The notes under the pieces were generated by a model. The model ran no database searches and was not told the origin of the DNA. It was given only the letters and a program-made list of their open reading frames with translations. From NCBI GenBank assembly GCA_019057815.1, contig JAHLWR010000004.1, positions 96,001-160,000 of the forward strand: a DNA stretch of 64,000 nt. Reading direction: 5' to 3'. Made by a program: the position numbers and the translations under genes. How positions within the stretch are numbered: position 1 is the first letter of the stretch; each line of letters begins with the position of its first letter. Below are positions 29,409 to 40,564 of this stretch, one piece after another. Origin of the DNA: Candidatus Heimdallarchaeota archaeon (GTDB lineage Archaea; Asgardarchaeota; Heimdallarchaeia; Heimdallarchaeales; Heimdallarchaeaceae).

Positions 29409-32027
29409 CTATATACTTTTTTTCTTAATAGAACCGATATAAGCGATTACAAGGATATATAATGGAACAAATAATAGCGAAATCGAAGACTGAGTCACTT
29501 CAGGAATGTTGAGCAAAACAGTTACAATAACAATATCAATAGCATAGTTATCTGCAAAATCATAGACAATTATTGTAATATTGTAAATACCAGCAGTTAA
29601 ATAGTCAATGTTCCATGAAATAGGAGATGAAGAATCCCACGAGTTACTAGTTTTTAAAGTTCCATTTTGATATATTTCATAGTATGATGGATTTGTATCA
29701 TCAGCTATCCAACTTAAAATATTTCCTGCAGTGTCTTCCACCATTTGAAAATCACTTAAAGGGGATAAGGAGGGGGATTCTTGATCAAGTATATGAATAA
29801 TGATAATGTCATAGAAGTTGTTCCTTGCTTTATCAAAAACAACTAAAGTGAAATTATATGTGCCATGATGTAGTTCTGATAAATCGATAACAATAGGTGA
29901 ACCAGAAATCCATTCATTTTGCATGTAAGAACTACCATTCTTTAAGACCTGATAATAATCAGTGTTTACATCCTCAGCAATCCATGTAATATTTATATCA
30001 ACTGCACCTTCAAGATAAGTTTCTTCATCAGGGTGATTATAAAACCTAAAAATCGTTGGTATTGTTGTATCAATAGTAAACAATGAATATGTTGTAAAAT
30101 TCTGTCCTTCAAAAGTCACTTGAACTGTTAAATTATAATCCCCATCTTCAAGATTTGCGATAGAAGATCCACTAGGTAAATTACCAAGTGAGATATTGTT
30201 TAAGAATACTGTTGCAATACCTATACTGGTTGAATAATCTAGTATTACAGTGTCACTTGCATAATATACATTATCTAAGGGAGAGTTTATCTGAATGATT
30301 GGAGGATAAAAATAGACAATGAAACTGTAGTGGTCGTAGTCACTAGAATCGCATCGTAGAGATAGGTAGTAAGTACCTGCTAAAGGAACAGAAACGTTCA
30401 ACCATCCAGAACTGTAAGAACTTCCGATGGCCTTGCTACCAAAACTCGAATCAACACTTAAAATGGAGGTACCAAGCCAGCTTGTACCACTATGTTCTAT
30501 ATAGACGCTAATGTTACCAGCATCAGGGACAGCGAAAGCATAACAATCATGGTAGTCAACTTCATTGTCATATGTAAAGTACCCTTGACCCATAGACCCA
30601 TAATACAAAACGTTCATGGATATTTCTAGAGCTGTCAAAGTTGTTTCCCCAGCATCAGTACCAGAACCAGCATCGTTTTGTCCATGTGAAAACCAATAAA
30701 CATATGAAATGGTGAAACTGTAATGATCGTAATCACTAGGATCGCAACGGAGAGATAGGTAGTAAGTACCTGCTAAAGGAACAGAAACGTTCAACCATCC
30801 AGAACTGTAAGAACTTCCGATGGCCTTGCTACCAAAACTCGAATCAACACTTAAAATGGAGGTACCAAGCCAGCTTGTACCACTATGTTCTATATAGACG
30901 CTAATGTTACCAGCATCAGTAACGGTGAAAGCATAGCAATCTTTAGCATCAACTTCATAGTTATCATTATAAAAACCCTGTCCCATGGTTCCAGAATATT
31001 GTGTATCATATTGCACAACAATGGCTGTTAAAGTTGTTTCCCCAGCATCAGTACCAGAACCAGCATCGTTTTGACTAGGAAAAGCCCAATAAACATATGA
31101 AATGGTGAAACTGTAATGATCGTAATCACTAGGATCGCAACGGAGAGATAGGTAGTAAGTACCTGCTAAAGGAACAGAAACGTTCAACCATCCAGAACTG
31201 TAAGAACTTCCGATGGCCTTGCTACCAAAACTCGAATCAACACTTAAAATGGAGGTACCAAGCCAGCTTGTACCACTATGTTCTATATAGACGCTAATGT
31301 TACCAGCATCAGGGACAGCGAAAGCATAACAATCATGATAGTCAACTTCATTGTCATACGTAAAGTATCCTTGACCCATAGACCCATAATACAAAGCGTT
31401 CATGGATATTTCTAGAGCTGTCAAAGTAGTTTCCCCAGTATCAGTACCAGAACCAGCATCGTTTTGACTAGGAAAAGCCCAATAAACATATGAAATGGTG
31501 AAACTGTAATGATCGTAATCACTAGGATCGCAACGGAGAGATAGGTAGTAAGTACCTGCTAAAGGAACAGAAACGTTCAACCATCCAGAACTGTAAGAAC
31601 TTCCGATGGCCTTGCTACCAAAACTCGAATCAACACTTAAAATGGAGGTACCAAGCCAGCTTGTACCACTATGTTCTATATAGACGCTAATGTTACCAGC
31701 ATCAGGGACAGCGAAAGCATAACAATCATGATAGTCAACTTCATTGTCATATGTAAAGTACCCTTGACCCATATCCCCGAAATAAAGGATGTCCAAATCC
31801 ACTATAACAGCTGTAGATGTAGTTTCCCCCGCATCACCACCAGAGTTAGCATCATTTTGAGTAGAATCAACAATCATTGATTGTGAAAAAGGATTATTGG
31901 AGGATTTTTGAAAGGAAATTTGTTTATCATCAAAAATTTGTCTTGGTTCTAGTACGCTAATAGAGGATAATAAAATCGTTAACAAAAATAACGATGACAC
32001 AATTGCTTTATTTTTTACATTCAACAT
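29409..32027 (-). CDS. Surface protein with four tandem PPC-like (QNDAGSG) domains, Ig-like domains and a C-terminal TM anchor
   Basis: Signal peptide; 4 x 131-aa repeats; IPEV-TM-KKK tail. Confidence 0.88.
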   Translation of the reverse strand: MLNVKNKAIVSSLFLLTILLSSISVLEPRQIFDDKQISFQKSSNNPFSQSMIVDSTQNDANSGGDAGETTSTAVIVDLDILYFGDMGQGYFTYDNEVDYHDCYAFAVPDAGNISVYIEHSGTSWLGTSILSVDSSFGSKAIGSSYSSGWLNVSVPLAGTYYLSLRCDPSDYDHYSFTISYVYWAFPSQNDAGSGTDTGETTLTALEISMNALYYGSMGQGYFTYDNEVDYHDCYAFAVPDAGNISVYIEHSGTSWLGTSILSVDSSFGSKAIGSSYSSGWLNVSVPLAGTYYLSLRCDPSDYDHYSFTISYVYWAFPSQNDAGSGTDAGETTLTAIVVQYDTQYSGTMGQGFYNDNYEVDAKDCYAFTVTDAGNISVYIEHSGTSWLGTSILSVDSSFGSKAIGSSYSSGWLNVSVPLAGTYYLSLRCDPSDYDHYSFTISYVYWFSHGQNDAGSGTDAGETTLTALEISMNVLYYGSMGQGYFTYDNEVDYHDCYAFAVPDAGNISVYIEHSGTSWLGTSILSVDSSFGSKAIGSSYSSGWLNVSVPLAGTYYLSLRCDSSDYDHYSFIVYFYPPIIQINSPLDNVYYASDTVILDYSTSIGIATVFLNNISLGNLPSGSSIANLEDGDYNLTVQVTFEGQNFTTYSLFTIDTTIPTIFRFYNHPDEETYLEGAVDINITWIAEDVNTDYYQVLKNGSSYMQNEWISGSPIVIDLSELHHGTYNFTLVVFDKARNNFYDIIIIHILDQESPSLSPLSDFQMVEDTAGNILSWIADDTNPSYYEIYQNGTLKTSNSWDSSSPISWNIDYLTAGIYNITIIVYDFADNYAIDIVIVTVLLNIPEVTQSSISLLFVPLYILVIAYIGSIKKKSI
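30320..31865. repeat. Four tandem 393-bp intragenic repeats
   Basis: GATAGGTAGTAAGTACCTGCTAAAGG recurs at 30361, 30754, 31147 and 31540. Confidence 0.97.
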
Positions 32028-32319
32028 TCAAATCAACCAATTAATTGCTAAAATATATTGATGTGAATATATTAAGATTTCTTAAAATTTTGAAAAAATC
32101 ATTGGAAAGAGAAATAATAGCATCTAATGCAAAATAACCATCTTTCCCTTAAACTACATCAAGCTATGTTGTGTCTTATAATCTAAAGATATGCTTATTT
32201 TAATTTTTTTTCGATTATCATTACTTCTGCAATATAATTTGAAATAAATCATATAATCTTAAGTTATTATGAAAACTAAAGCTTATTTGTAGGATTTAAA
32301 CTGAAAAATTTGTCATTCT

Positions 32320-33141
32320 TTGTTTCCTTCGATAAAGCATAAAAAATATAGAGTAAGCATAAAATTATTAAACTGTCTAATATTTATTGAATCGATGGTT
32401 ACTATAGTTTGTGGAGACACTAAGTATAAAGATTCTGAAATAATCTGTTTTGATAAGGATGGTACACTGCTCAATTTCAGTATGTATGTTCCTGTTATGA
32501 AAAGAAGAGCTGAAGTTCTGGCAGAAAAATATGACCTACCTGAAATGAGTCATAATGAAATTCTAGAATTGATGGGAGTTGATCCTAACACTGGTTCTGT
32601 TATAATGGGTGGTTCAATTCATCTTCCAAGAATAGACAACATTAAAAGAACTATCGAATACTTGCGAAAATATTCAATTAACGCTTCTATTGAAGAAACA
32701 TCCTTACTTTTTGATGAGGTTGATGACCAAGTGGATTTTTCAGCATATATTGAAACTTACTCAGGAGTTAAGGAACTTCTTGAAAATCTTAAAAAGACAG
32801 AAATCAAGATTGTAATTTTCACTCACGATAGCACGTTAGCAGCTGAAAAGCATCTGAAAAATGCAGGAATTAAAAGCTACTTCGACCTCATTCTAGGTAT
32901 TGATTCTAATTCCACATATCACAAAAAACCTGCACCCGATATGATTCAGTATGCGTGTAAAATACTTGAAGTCAATGTTAATACAGCTGTTGTCATAGGT
33001 GATCAAGAAACAGATATGCTTGCTGGTAAGAATGCAGGAGTTCTAGGTTGTATCGGTGTTCTAACTGGTAAGTCTGAAGAAAAAGACCTTGAAAACGCAG
33101 ATATTATAATACAATCTGTTGGAGATATTGTAGTCAAATAA
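32320..33141 (+). CDS. HAD family hydrolase (likely start 32395)
   Basis: FDKDGTL, KKPAP, IGDQETD. Confidence 0.92.
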   Translation: MFPSIKHKKYRVSIKLLNCLIFIESMVTIVCGDTKYKDSEIICFDKDGTLLNFSMYVPVMKRRAEVLAEKYDLPEMSHNEILELMGVDPNTGSVIMGGSIHLPRIDNIKRTIEYLRKYSINASIEETSLLFDEVDDQVDFSAYIETYSGVKELLENLKKTEIKIVIFTHDSTLAAEKHLKNAGIKSYFDLILGIDSNSTYHKKPAPDMIQYACKILEVNVNTAVVIGDQETDMLAGKNAGVLGCIGVLTGKSEEKDLENADIIIQSVGDIVVK

Positions 33142-33216
33142 CCTTCAGAGTATTTTTACATTCCTTTTGCATTACAGTTATATTTTTTAATCTAAGGTTT
33201 TTTCTAAAGAATAACC

Positions 33217-34398
33217 ATGAAAACAAAGGTTTCTATTGTCAAAATAGAAAACGGTGATATCGAGACTGCTGTTCGTCAAGCTGTTGAACTAGCGGGTGGA
33301 ATAGAAGAAAATCATGAAAACAGTAAACCTATTCTCATTAAACCCAATGCTTTGACATCCAAAAAAACCTGGGAAGCTCAACTAGCGGTAACTACTCATC
33401 CTGAAGTTATAAGAGCTCTAATTAGATTATTAAAAGAAAAAGGGCACGAAATTGTTGTAGGGGATAGTTCAGGAGGAGGAACTAATACTCAAGTTGTAAT
33501 GGAAAAAGCAGGATTCAAAAAATTGGAAAAAGAAGAAAACGTTCCTGTGGTAAGTTTAACATCAGGCGCTGAAAAAGTCTACATAGAGAATCACGAAAAA
33601 CTCACCTATGTAGCGCTTGCAGGACTAGCACTAACATCAGATATAATTAATGTCCCCAAAATGAAGACTCATGCGCTTACACGTGTAACTCTTGCTATCA
33701 AGAACCTTTTTGGTTGCGTTGTTGGAATGGAAAAGAAGAGAGTGCATGGTGTATCTAATACAGCTAAAAGTTTCAGTCAATGTTTAGTTGATATTTATTC
33801 TGTTTTGAAAGATAACATCATAATGAATGTTCTAGATGCAACTATAGCAATGGAAGGATTCGGCCCATCAGATGGTAATCCCAAAGAGATGAATCTAATT
33901 TTGGCAAGTAAAGACGCAGTTGCCCTTGATTCAATTGCTACAATGGTTATGGGTGAAAAACCCTTATCTGTTCACACAACAAAAAATGCTATGCAGAGAG
34001 GGTTAGGAGTTGCAAATCTTGAAGATATAGAAATTGTTGGGGAGAAAATAGAAGATGTAAAAAGTAAATTTTCTATACCTTTGCGAGTAATTTCGTGGTT
34101 ACCTATCGGTAAATTTTGGGCATTACGCGCCAAACAACCTAAATATGTGGGGGAAGGATGCAAAGCTTGTCTGAAGTGTCAAAAGGTTTGTCCTGCAAGT
34201 GCTATTGTTGTTGACAAGGAAAATAAAGAACCAGTGTTTGATTACAAGAAGTGTATCTCCTGTTTATGTTGTTACGAACTTTGTCCTGAACATGCGATTT
34301 ATATGGGACATATGAAATACGGTAAAGCCATTAACGGAATCATAGCTCTAGTTACAATTTCAATAATAACAGGAGTATTACTAGCTATATTCCTTTGA
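33217..34398 (+). CDS. DUF362 protein with 2x[4Fe-4S] ferredoxin domain and C-terminal TM
   Basis: IKPN, TTHP, PKMKTH, KNLFG, MEGFGP; CxxCxxCxxxCP twice. Confidence 0.92.
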   Translation: MKTKVSIVKIENGDIETAVRQAVELAGGIEENHENSKPILIKPNALTSKKTWEAQLAVTTHPEVIRALIRLLKEKGHEIVVGDSSGGGTNTQVVMEKAGFKKLEKEENVPVVSLTSGAEKVYIENHEKLTYVALAGLALTSDIINVPKMKTHALTRVTLAIKNLFGCVVGMEKKRVHGVSNTAKSFSQCLVDIYSVLKDNIIMNVLDATIAMEGFGPSDGNPKEMNLILASKDAVALDSIATMVMGEKPLSVHTTKNAMQRGLGVANLEDIEIVGEKIEDVKSKFSIPLRVISWLPIGKFWALRAKQPKYVGEGCKACLKCQKVCPASAIVVDKENKEPVFDYKKCISCLCCYELCPEHAIYMGHMKYGKAINGIIALVTISIITGVLLAIFL

Positions 34399-34513
34399 AA
34401 ATTAGGATATGGAATTAGTTAGATAACGTGATAGATAGATAAAACTGTACATTTATTAGAATAATTCTTTTCTTTCTATTTATCAATTATAAAAATATGG
34501 GATCAACATGAGG

Positions 34514-36058
34514 TTATATTAGTTCTTTAATTGGTGGTTTCATTTCTTTTGCTTTAACCTTATTTGCTAAATAGGAATCAAGCTGAGGAGCATACAATAA
34601 CCCTCTACGAGTGCTTTCATAAAGAACCTTAGAATCTAAAACTGATCCAATAGATTCTATTGCATTAAATATAACCATTGCTCTTTTCATTAGCTCTTGC
34701 TTTCTTTTAAGAACATAGGGGTCCCAAATCATTTCTGGTTGACCCTCAAGGCATTTTGCTATTACTTGTTTTACTATCTTACAACTCTCAATAACATTCT
34801 CAGGAGTTGCTGCATGATTGGCTTCACTATAACTTACAACATGAACAATATGAGGATTAAGTTGCATTTGCAGCATTGTCGATTGAGCAAGTTGTCCTTT
34901 AGCCATATCTATGTCGACAGGATAGCTAAATAATCCAGTTCTTGTTTGCGTATAAACTGTAAAATTATCATCTTGTAAAGATCCAATCAATTCTTTTTGC
35001 GCTAGCATTTTTGCTAAATCATCTCTTTGATTTATTTGAGGGGGTGTATTAAACATATACTGTGAAATAAATGTTCTAACTCCCAATTCTTTGCATATGA
35101 ATGCTCCTAGAAATCCTGCTGCTACTGCAACTTCATCTTTTGAATCTCTCAGCGACCAATGATGTGATTCAAGAATCTCAACAGGGATATTTCTTTCTGC
35201 ATGCCATCTTATTGCATCAAGATGAGCTTTAATTGAAGATACTACATCCATTGGACCTCTACCATCCATTTGATTGAACCAAAAGATAGGTATTGCTGCC
35301 CATGCATTATCTATCGAATCAACATAAAGCTGAGCTAAATCGATCAAATCATCAGTTCCTGCATAAGTCCTTAATAAAGGGAAATTTCCTGTTCTTGAAG
35401 CTTGATAAAGTTGTTCAAAATCTTCTTTTGTTCTAACAGGGACGCCGCCTGCACCAATCCCAATACTCATTCTTTCTGGATGGAAGAAATGTGCTTGTGC
35501 ATTTTGATCAGTTCCCAAAGATATAATATCCAGACATCTGCTGTTAGCAATCTTCTTGATTCCTTCAATTGTTTCGTCTAAAGAAGGTAAACCAAAATGA
35601 TGCCTTAAAACAGGAAAAGGTTTCTTAACATCTATTCTTTCTATGATTTGTTGAGGAAATACTAAATCTTTATCTTCTATTGCTTCTCCTCTAAGATAAG
35701 CTGTTGCTCGTTCTATGTCATCTCCTTGAAAATAAGCATTAAAAAAACCACTCTGTTTTTCTCTCTGAACGAATTCTGGTAATCCTCCTAAAATAAATTC
35801 TCTTTCACCCAACCCTTCTTCCACAATTCTTCTTTTCAAATCTCTTAGTACTTTAATTCCAACATCAGGAGTAAGTCTATAGCTAAAACCTACAATATCT
35901 GGATTATGTTCCTTAATCGCATCAATAATCCGTTCAATATCTACTGCAGGACCTAAAAAAACTGTTTCATAATCTAGTCTTTTAGATAATTGTAAAAACC
36001 TGTGAATTCCTGCAATATGAACACAATCTCCAATACAAGCTCCTAGAATTTTTTTCAT
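34514..36058 (-). CDS. Cobalamin-binding domain protein with C-terminal catalytic domain
   Basis: N-terminal GDCVHIAG (DxHxxG-like), LG.AV, GFSYRL; RHHFG, HHWSLR, HIVHVV. Confidence 0.85.
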   Translation of the reverse strand: MKKILGACIGDCVHIAGIHRFLQLSKRLDYETVFLGPAVDIERIIDAIKEHNPDIVGFSYRLTPDVGIKVLRDLKRRIVEEGLGEREFILGGLPEFVQREKQSGFFNAYFQGDDIERATAYLRGEAIEDKDLVFPQQIIERIDVKKPFPVLRHHFGLPSLDETIEGIKKIANSRCLDIISLGTDQNAQAHFFHPERMSIGIGAGGVPVRTKEDFEQLYQASRTGNFPLLRTYAGTDDLIDLAQLYVDSIDNAWAAIPIFWFNQMDGRGPMDVVSSIKAHLDAIRWHAERNIPVEILESHHWSLRDSKDEVAVAAGFLGAFICKELGVRTFISQYMFNTPPQINQRDDLAKMLAQKELIGSLQDDNFTVYTQTRTGLFSYPVDIDMAKGQLAQSTMLQMQLNPHIVHVVSYSEANHAATPENVIESCKIVKQVIAKCLEGQPEMIWDPYVLKRKQELMKRAMVIFNAIESIGSVLDSKVLYESTRRGLLYAPQLDSYLANKVKAKEMKPPIKELI

Positions 36059-36073
36059 TTTAATTAATTCCTC

Positions 36074-37183
36074 TTAATAGCTATATTCTGTTAATGTTTC
36101 AAGTTGAGATACTCTATTCAAATCTTCAAATATTGTTTTTGGGTTAAGTCCTAACTTATATAGATTCCTTCCTTTGCTACGAAAATCAATACTCAATTCA
36201 CTTGAAGCAATATCTATCAATTCATCAATATAACTTGTTTCAACTCCAACTGTTTTACCAAGTTCAGAAAAAGGAACAAGACCCGTAGGAATGTCCTCGG
36301 TTAAATATCTCATATTGAGAGTTGAAGGAGCTAATAAACCTCCATAAGAAGGATTGTTATGCAACGCATCATAAAGATTATTTTCTTGAAGATCGTATCT
36401 TTCACATAACCATTCTCTTAAGGATTGAACTTCTACACCAAATTTTCGTGCAATATTTCTTCTCTCTTCGTCAACATGATTCATATATTCAACTACTTCT
36501 TTTGTTGCGCCATCTCTGTAAAAATCAAATGATTCTTGATTTTTTATTCTATCTCTATTTAACAAAGCTATTGCTGGATGGAACACTGCACCAATATTTC
36601 CTAAACTCGTAGTAAGAAAGTTTTTTGCTGCATAAAATTGAGGATAGTTTTCATTTAACAGAGAGATTACATGAGAAGTGCGATGGGTAGGAAGAACTGA
36701 TACTGAAATAGTTTTCTTAACGCCTTTGATGTCACTTACACCAGGTTGTGTGATTCTTGTAGCATAAATCAAAGTATTAGCTTCAGCTACATTAACATCT
36801 ACTTCTAAACCACCTTCTAAAAGAGTATTCATAAATTCCAGACTGCCAAAAGTTCTACCAGGATTTAAAACAACTGACTGACCTTCTTGAAGACAAGGAG
36901 CTAATGCCTTAGCAATGTCATAATGTCCAGTAGCTGTAGTTACGACCATAATTAAATCTGTTCCATTAATAGCTTCTGAAATATCAGTGGTTACTAGATT
37001 TAACTTCCCTTTTGATTGAATTTGACCTTGTAATTGAATTTCCTTTGTATTCAAAAGATGCTGAATTCTTTCAGGGGATCTATTGTATAGGTTGACTTTG
37101 TTTCCTTTACTAGCAAGAAAACCTGCAATTGCTTGGCCACCACACCCAGCACCTACGATGGCAATGTTCATCTGGTAAACCAC
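36074..37183 (-). CDS. NAD/NADP opine (octopine/nopaline) dehydrogenase family protein
   Basis: GAGCGG, LNPGRTFG, NIGAVFHP, DEER, RYLTEDIPTGL. Confidence 0.92.
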   Translation of the reverse strand: MVYQMNIAIVGAGCGGQAIAGFLASKGNKVNLYNRSPERIQHLLNTKEIQLQGQIQSKGKLNLVTTDISEAINGTDLIMVVTTATGHYDIAKALAPCLQEGQSVVLNPGRTFGSLEFMNTLLEGGLEVDVNVAEANTLIYATRITQPGVSDIKGVKKTISVSVLPTHRTSHVISLLNENYPQFYAAKNFLTTSLGNIGAVFHPAIALLNRDRIKNQESFDFYRDGATKEVVEYMNHVDEERRNIARKFGVEVQSLREWLCERYDLQENNLYDALHNNPSYGGLLAPSTLNMRYLTEDIPTGLVPFSELGKTVGVETSYIDELIDIASSELSIDFRSKGRNLYKLGLNPKTIFEDLNRVSQLETLTEYSY

Positions 37184-37610
37184 CTCTTAATCAAGAGAGG
37201 TGATTCAGAGGTATACATAGCATTTTTTGAAAAAAAGTTAGATTTATGCATATATTCTTGGCTATTAGCCTTCATAAATACATTTGTACCCATAATGTCT
37301 CATTAATATATTCACTCGACAATAAATAAACATTCCTATAAAAAAGCCGATTTATAAGAATGACCTTACACTCTGAAACGTTCGATTTATCGAAAAATAC
37401 TCCCTAGAGAAGATAAATGTTCATCATGAACTAAATTTTATCTTTTAAATCATCTGGAACATTCAAAAATACTATTGTACAAGCGTATAATATAGAAACT
37501 TCTTGTTCATTTTTTATAAAGGTTTTAGAGTAATTGTCTTTTTCCTCGATGAAAGATCTAAAATTCCTAAAACATGCTATTAGGTATCTATCACTTTTGA
37601 AGGTTAAATT

Positions 37611-38807
37611 ATGAAAAAGCAATCAAAACAATCGAAAGTTTCAATTAGAAGAGTTTTATATGTTTCAATTTTAATTATTGGAATAAGTACGTTCTCTAGT
37701 ATGAGAGTAAATGCTACAAATGTCTCTTATGACTCACCATCTTATTCCTCATTAACACCTCATGATCCAATATCCATTACTTCTGATAACAATTTCACCG
37801 ATTACAGTTTTCCAGGAACAGGAACGGAAGAAGATCCTTATGTTATTGAAGGATATAACATTACAACAACGAGTAATAGAGGCATTTACATTACTGATAC
37901 AACAAAAAATTTTACTGTTCGTAACTGCTATGTTAAAGCAGGAGAGTATGGAATTTATATCAGAAATGTAGCTGGTGGTACAGCGACTGTCATTAATAGC
38001 ATGTGCACCAATAACAACAACATAGGTATCTATCTTTACTCTTCTGGTAGTTCTACTGTTGCCAACAACACATTCAACAATAACTTCTATGGCATCTTTT
38101 TTTACTCTTCTGATTTTTGTGTCTTTACTTACAATGTTCTACAAGAAAATGAAGACTATGGAATCAGGTTATATTCTGATTGTGATAATAATATCATTCA
38201 CCATAATACCTTTGTAGACAATAATCCAGGAGGAACTTCACAAGCTCTTGATGCAGGATCTAACAACTTTTGGTATGACTCTACAACACTTGAAGGCAAC
38301 TATTGGTCCGATTGGTCAGGAACTGGTTCTTATTCTATTGATGGTGCTGCTGGAGCAATCGACCTATATCCGCTTGATGAACCTGTAGACATTGGTCCTC
38401 CACTAATTGTTAATATTATCCACTCACCCTCTACACCTACAGAACTAGATACTGTCAGTATCAATGCTACTGTTACAGACTATTCTGGTGTTAAATCAGT
38501 TACTCTCCATTACAGGATCAATGATGGAACTTTGATAGAAGTTAGTATGACTCTTGTAAGTGGTGATCTTTACAGCGTAACTATTGGTCCTTTTGCGGTT
38601 AGTGATATTATAGAATATTATGTCAGTGCTGAAGATAATTCTTTTAACAACAATGAAGCCATCAATGACAACACTGGTCTATATTACTCATTTACTGTTT
38701 CTGAGGCTATATCAGAATTTCAAACGCTCTCTCCTCTTCTCTCCCTTACGATAATTCTTCTATTCTTGGGTTTCAGTTTCGTATTGCTAAAACGAAGAAA
38801 GAAATGA
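37611..38807 (+). CDS. Short NosD/beta-helix surface protein, paralog of 6125-8371
   Basis: Near-identical leader MKKQSKQSK, GTEEDPYVIEG, GNYWSDW, one HSPSTPTE domain, ISEF-TM-KRRKK. Confidence 0.9.
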   Translation: MKKQSKQSKVSIRRVLYVSILIIGISTFSSMRVNATNVSYDSPSYSSLTPHDPISITSDNNFTDYSFPGTGTEEDPYVIEGYNITTTSNRGIYITDTTKNFTVRNCYVKAGEYGIYIRNVAGGTATVINSMCTNNNNIGIYLYSSGSSTVANNTFNNNFYGIFFYSSDFCVFTYNVLQENEDYGIRLYSDCDNNIIHHNTFVDNNPGGTSQALDAGSNNFWYDSTTLEGNYWSDWSGTGSYSIDGAAGAIDLYPLDEPVDIGPPLIVNIIHSPSTPTELDTVSINATVTDYSGVKSVTLHYRINDGTLIEVSMTLVSGDLYSVTIGPFAVSDIIEYYVSAEDNSFNNNEAINDNTGLYYSFTVSEAISEFQTLSPLLSLTIILLFLGFSFVLLKRRKK

Positions 38808-38944
38808 TTTTTTACTTCCCTTTTTTTTTCCTTTTCTTTAAACATTTTAACCTGATTTTATGTCATAGTTAAACATAACAAAATTTGTATAAAAAAATCT
38901 CTCATGAAATTGTGCCCTTTTGTTAACAAAGCAGCAGCAGTATT

Positions 38945-39709
38945 TTACTTTCTAGGAGCATTTCTATGATTTGATTCTATTACTCTAAAAATTAAGACAA
39001 AAAGTGCAAAAATCTGGTATGAGAGAGAAAATGGGAGAAGTTGCAGGTCCTTCGCTATTACTACTGCACTAATATGCAAGATTAGATTGATAGATAGACC
39101 ACTAATAAACAAATAGCAAGTTTTGGTATTTTCTATTTTTATCCCTAATGCTAACCAAACTAGTAATAGACTTAGGAAAAGGGTGAAATAAAATGTGTTC
39201 ATTGGTGAAAAAAGGAGTCCTATTTCAACAAACCCTAAAGCTAGAATGATTATAGTAAGAAAACTCATTGATAACAAAAGAACTAGACGAATCGATTTTC
39301 TCCATCCGGATATATTATCTTGCCACTCCATTCTTTCAATAATTCGACTTACAAATTTTCTCTTTCTAATTTTCTCGGATATTGTATTATCTTTTTTATC
39401 AAGGAGTACAAATATGTTGACTATAAGAATAACGATAATTGTTAAGGCATAGCTTATATAGAACATGAAAGGAAATAGCCTTATTGCAGGGTCATAAATG
39501 TCCGCTGGACTATCTATAAAAAATGAAAACTTCTCTATAAACAAACTAGGATTTATTAAAGCAAAAGCAGCTATAAAGAGGGTTCCAGACAAGAAGAAGA
39601 GAAAAATCAAAATTTGAAATATTAAAGCTCCAACAAAAATCTCTGTTTTTCTTTTCTCAAAGAATGAAAAATTCATAATAGTATTTAAGATTTCAGAATT
39701 CTTAAGCAT
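38945..39709 (-). CDS. Multi-pass membrane protein
   Basis: About 6 hydrophobic helices. Confidence 0.65.
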   Translation of the reverse strand: MLKNSEILNTIMNFSFFEKRKTEIFVGALIFQILIFLFFLSGTLFIAAFALINPSLFIEKFSFFIDSPADIYDPAIRLFPFMFYISYALTIIVILIVNIFVLLDKKDNTISEKIRKRKFVSRIIERMEWQDNISGWRKSIRLVLLLSMSFLTIIILALGFVEIGLLFSPMNTFYFTLFLSLLLVWLALGIKIENTKTCYLFISGLSINLILHISAVVIAKDLQLLPFSLSYQIFALFVLIFRVIESNHRNAPRK

Positions 39710-39865
39710 TATCCATGGGTATTCGATTCAAAGCCCTTTTAACTACTCGTTTTCTTATAAATATTGGGTTACTAGTCGGGTTCATATTATCTCATTTACC
39801 CACTGTAACCCCTCTTATTTAAGTGTCAACAATGTGGTTTTAGTTAATAAGAACTTCTTTATTAA

Positions 39866-40156
39866 TTAATTCTTTAAATACTCCGCAAAGAAAGACATAA
39901 TGGAAAATATTCCAATAAAACCTAACACAAACAAAAAAATTACTGCAGATACATACTCTATTCCATACTCATTTGCAAGCGCAATTCCTCCTCCAAAACC
40001 CGCACCAGCGAATCCTATTCCTAAAAATGCAAGTATCATCGAAGTTATTTTTATTTTATTTTCTCTTCTTTCCTTGTTTCTTTCAACTTTAGTGTTTGAA
40101 TCTTTACTCATTTCAATCAGATAATTAATGTCTATAGTTTTTAATAAACTTTTCAA
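39866..40156 (-). CDS. Small 2-TM hypothetical protein or gene fragment
   Basis: Gly-rich TM pair; TTG start; uncertain. Confidence 0.35.
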   Translation of the reverse strand: MKSLLKTIDINYLIEMSKDSNTKVERNKERRENKIKITSMILAFLGIGFAGAGFGGGIALANEYGIEYVSAVIFLFVLGFIGIFSIMSFFAEYLKN

Positions 40157-40564
40157 TCACATACTCTTCCTATTATGATGTTATAATAGAAGTTTAATAA
40201 TTTCACTGATAATTGAGAACTGTTAACAAAACCTGATTATTTTCACAAAACAGGAAGTGAAGGAATTATTTCAAATCCAGTGATTCGGGAACTTTCTAAA
40301 GGTACAATAATTCTTGTAGCGTTTAATACGAAGGATTTTTTTAACTTCAAATAGTGTAATCAGTTTTTTCAAAAGAAGTGAGTCTTGTAAGAAGTTCTTT
40401 TGCGTGTCTTTTAATAATTAATTAGGAATAATCTAACTAAATCAGTATCTTTTTTATTTCTTTTATTGATATATAAGAATAAAGTTGAGGGGCGTGTAAT
40501 AATTCTTAATCATGTTCTTAATATGAATGTTAAGATCTGATACTAATTCAATTGATTTTATGTT

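Noticed and set aside
30320-31865. DGR template/variable repeat pair
   Set aside because: Differences are not adenine-specific, the repeats are in-frame domains, and no reverse transcriptase is in the window.
38880-38907. Additional MITE right end (TTGTATAAAAAAATCTCTCATGA)
   Set aside because: No matching left end or scaffold homology; may be chance in AT-rich DNA.
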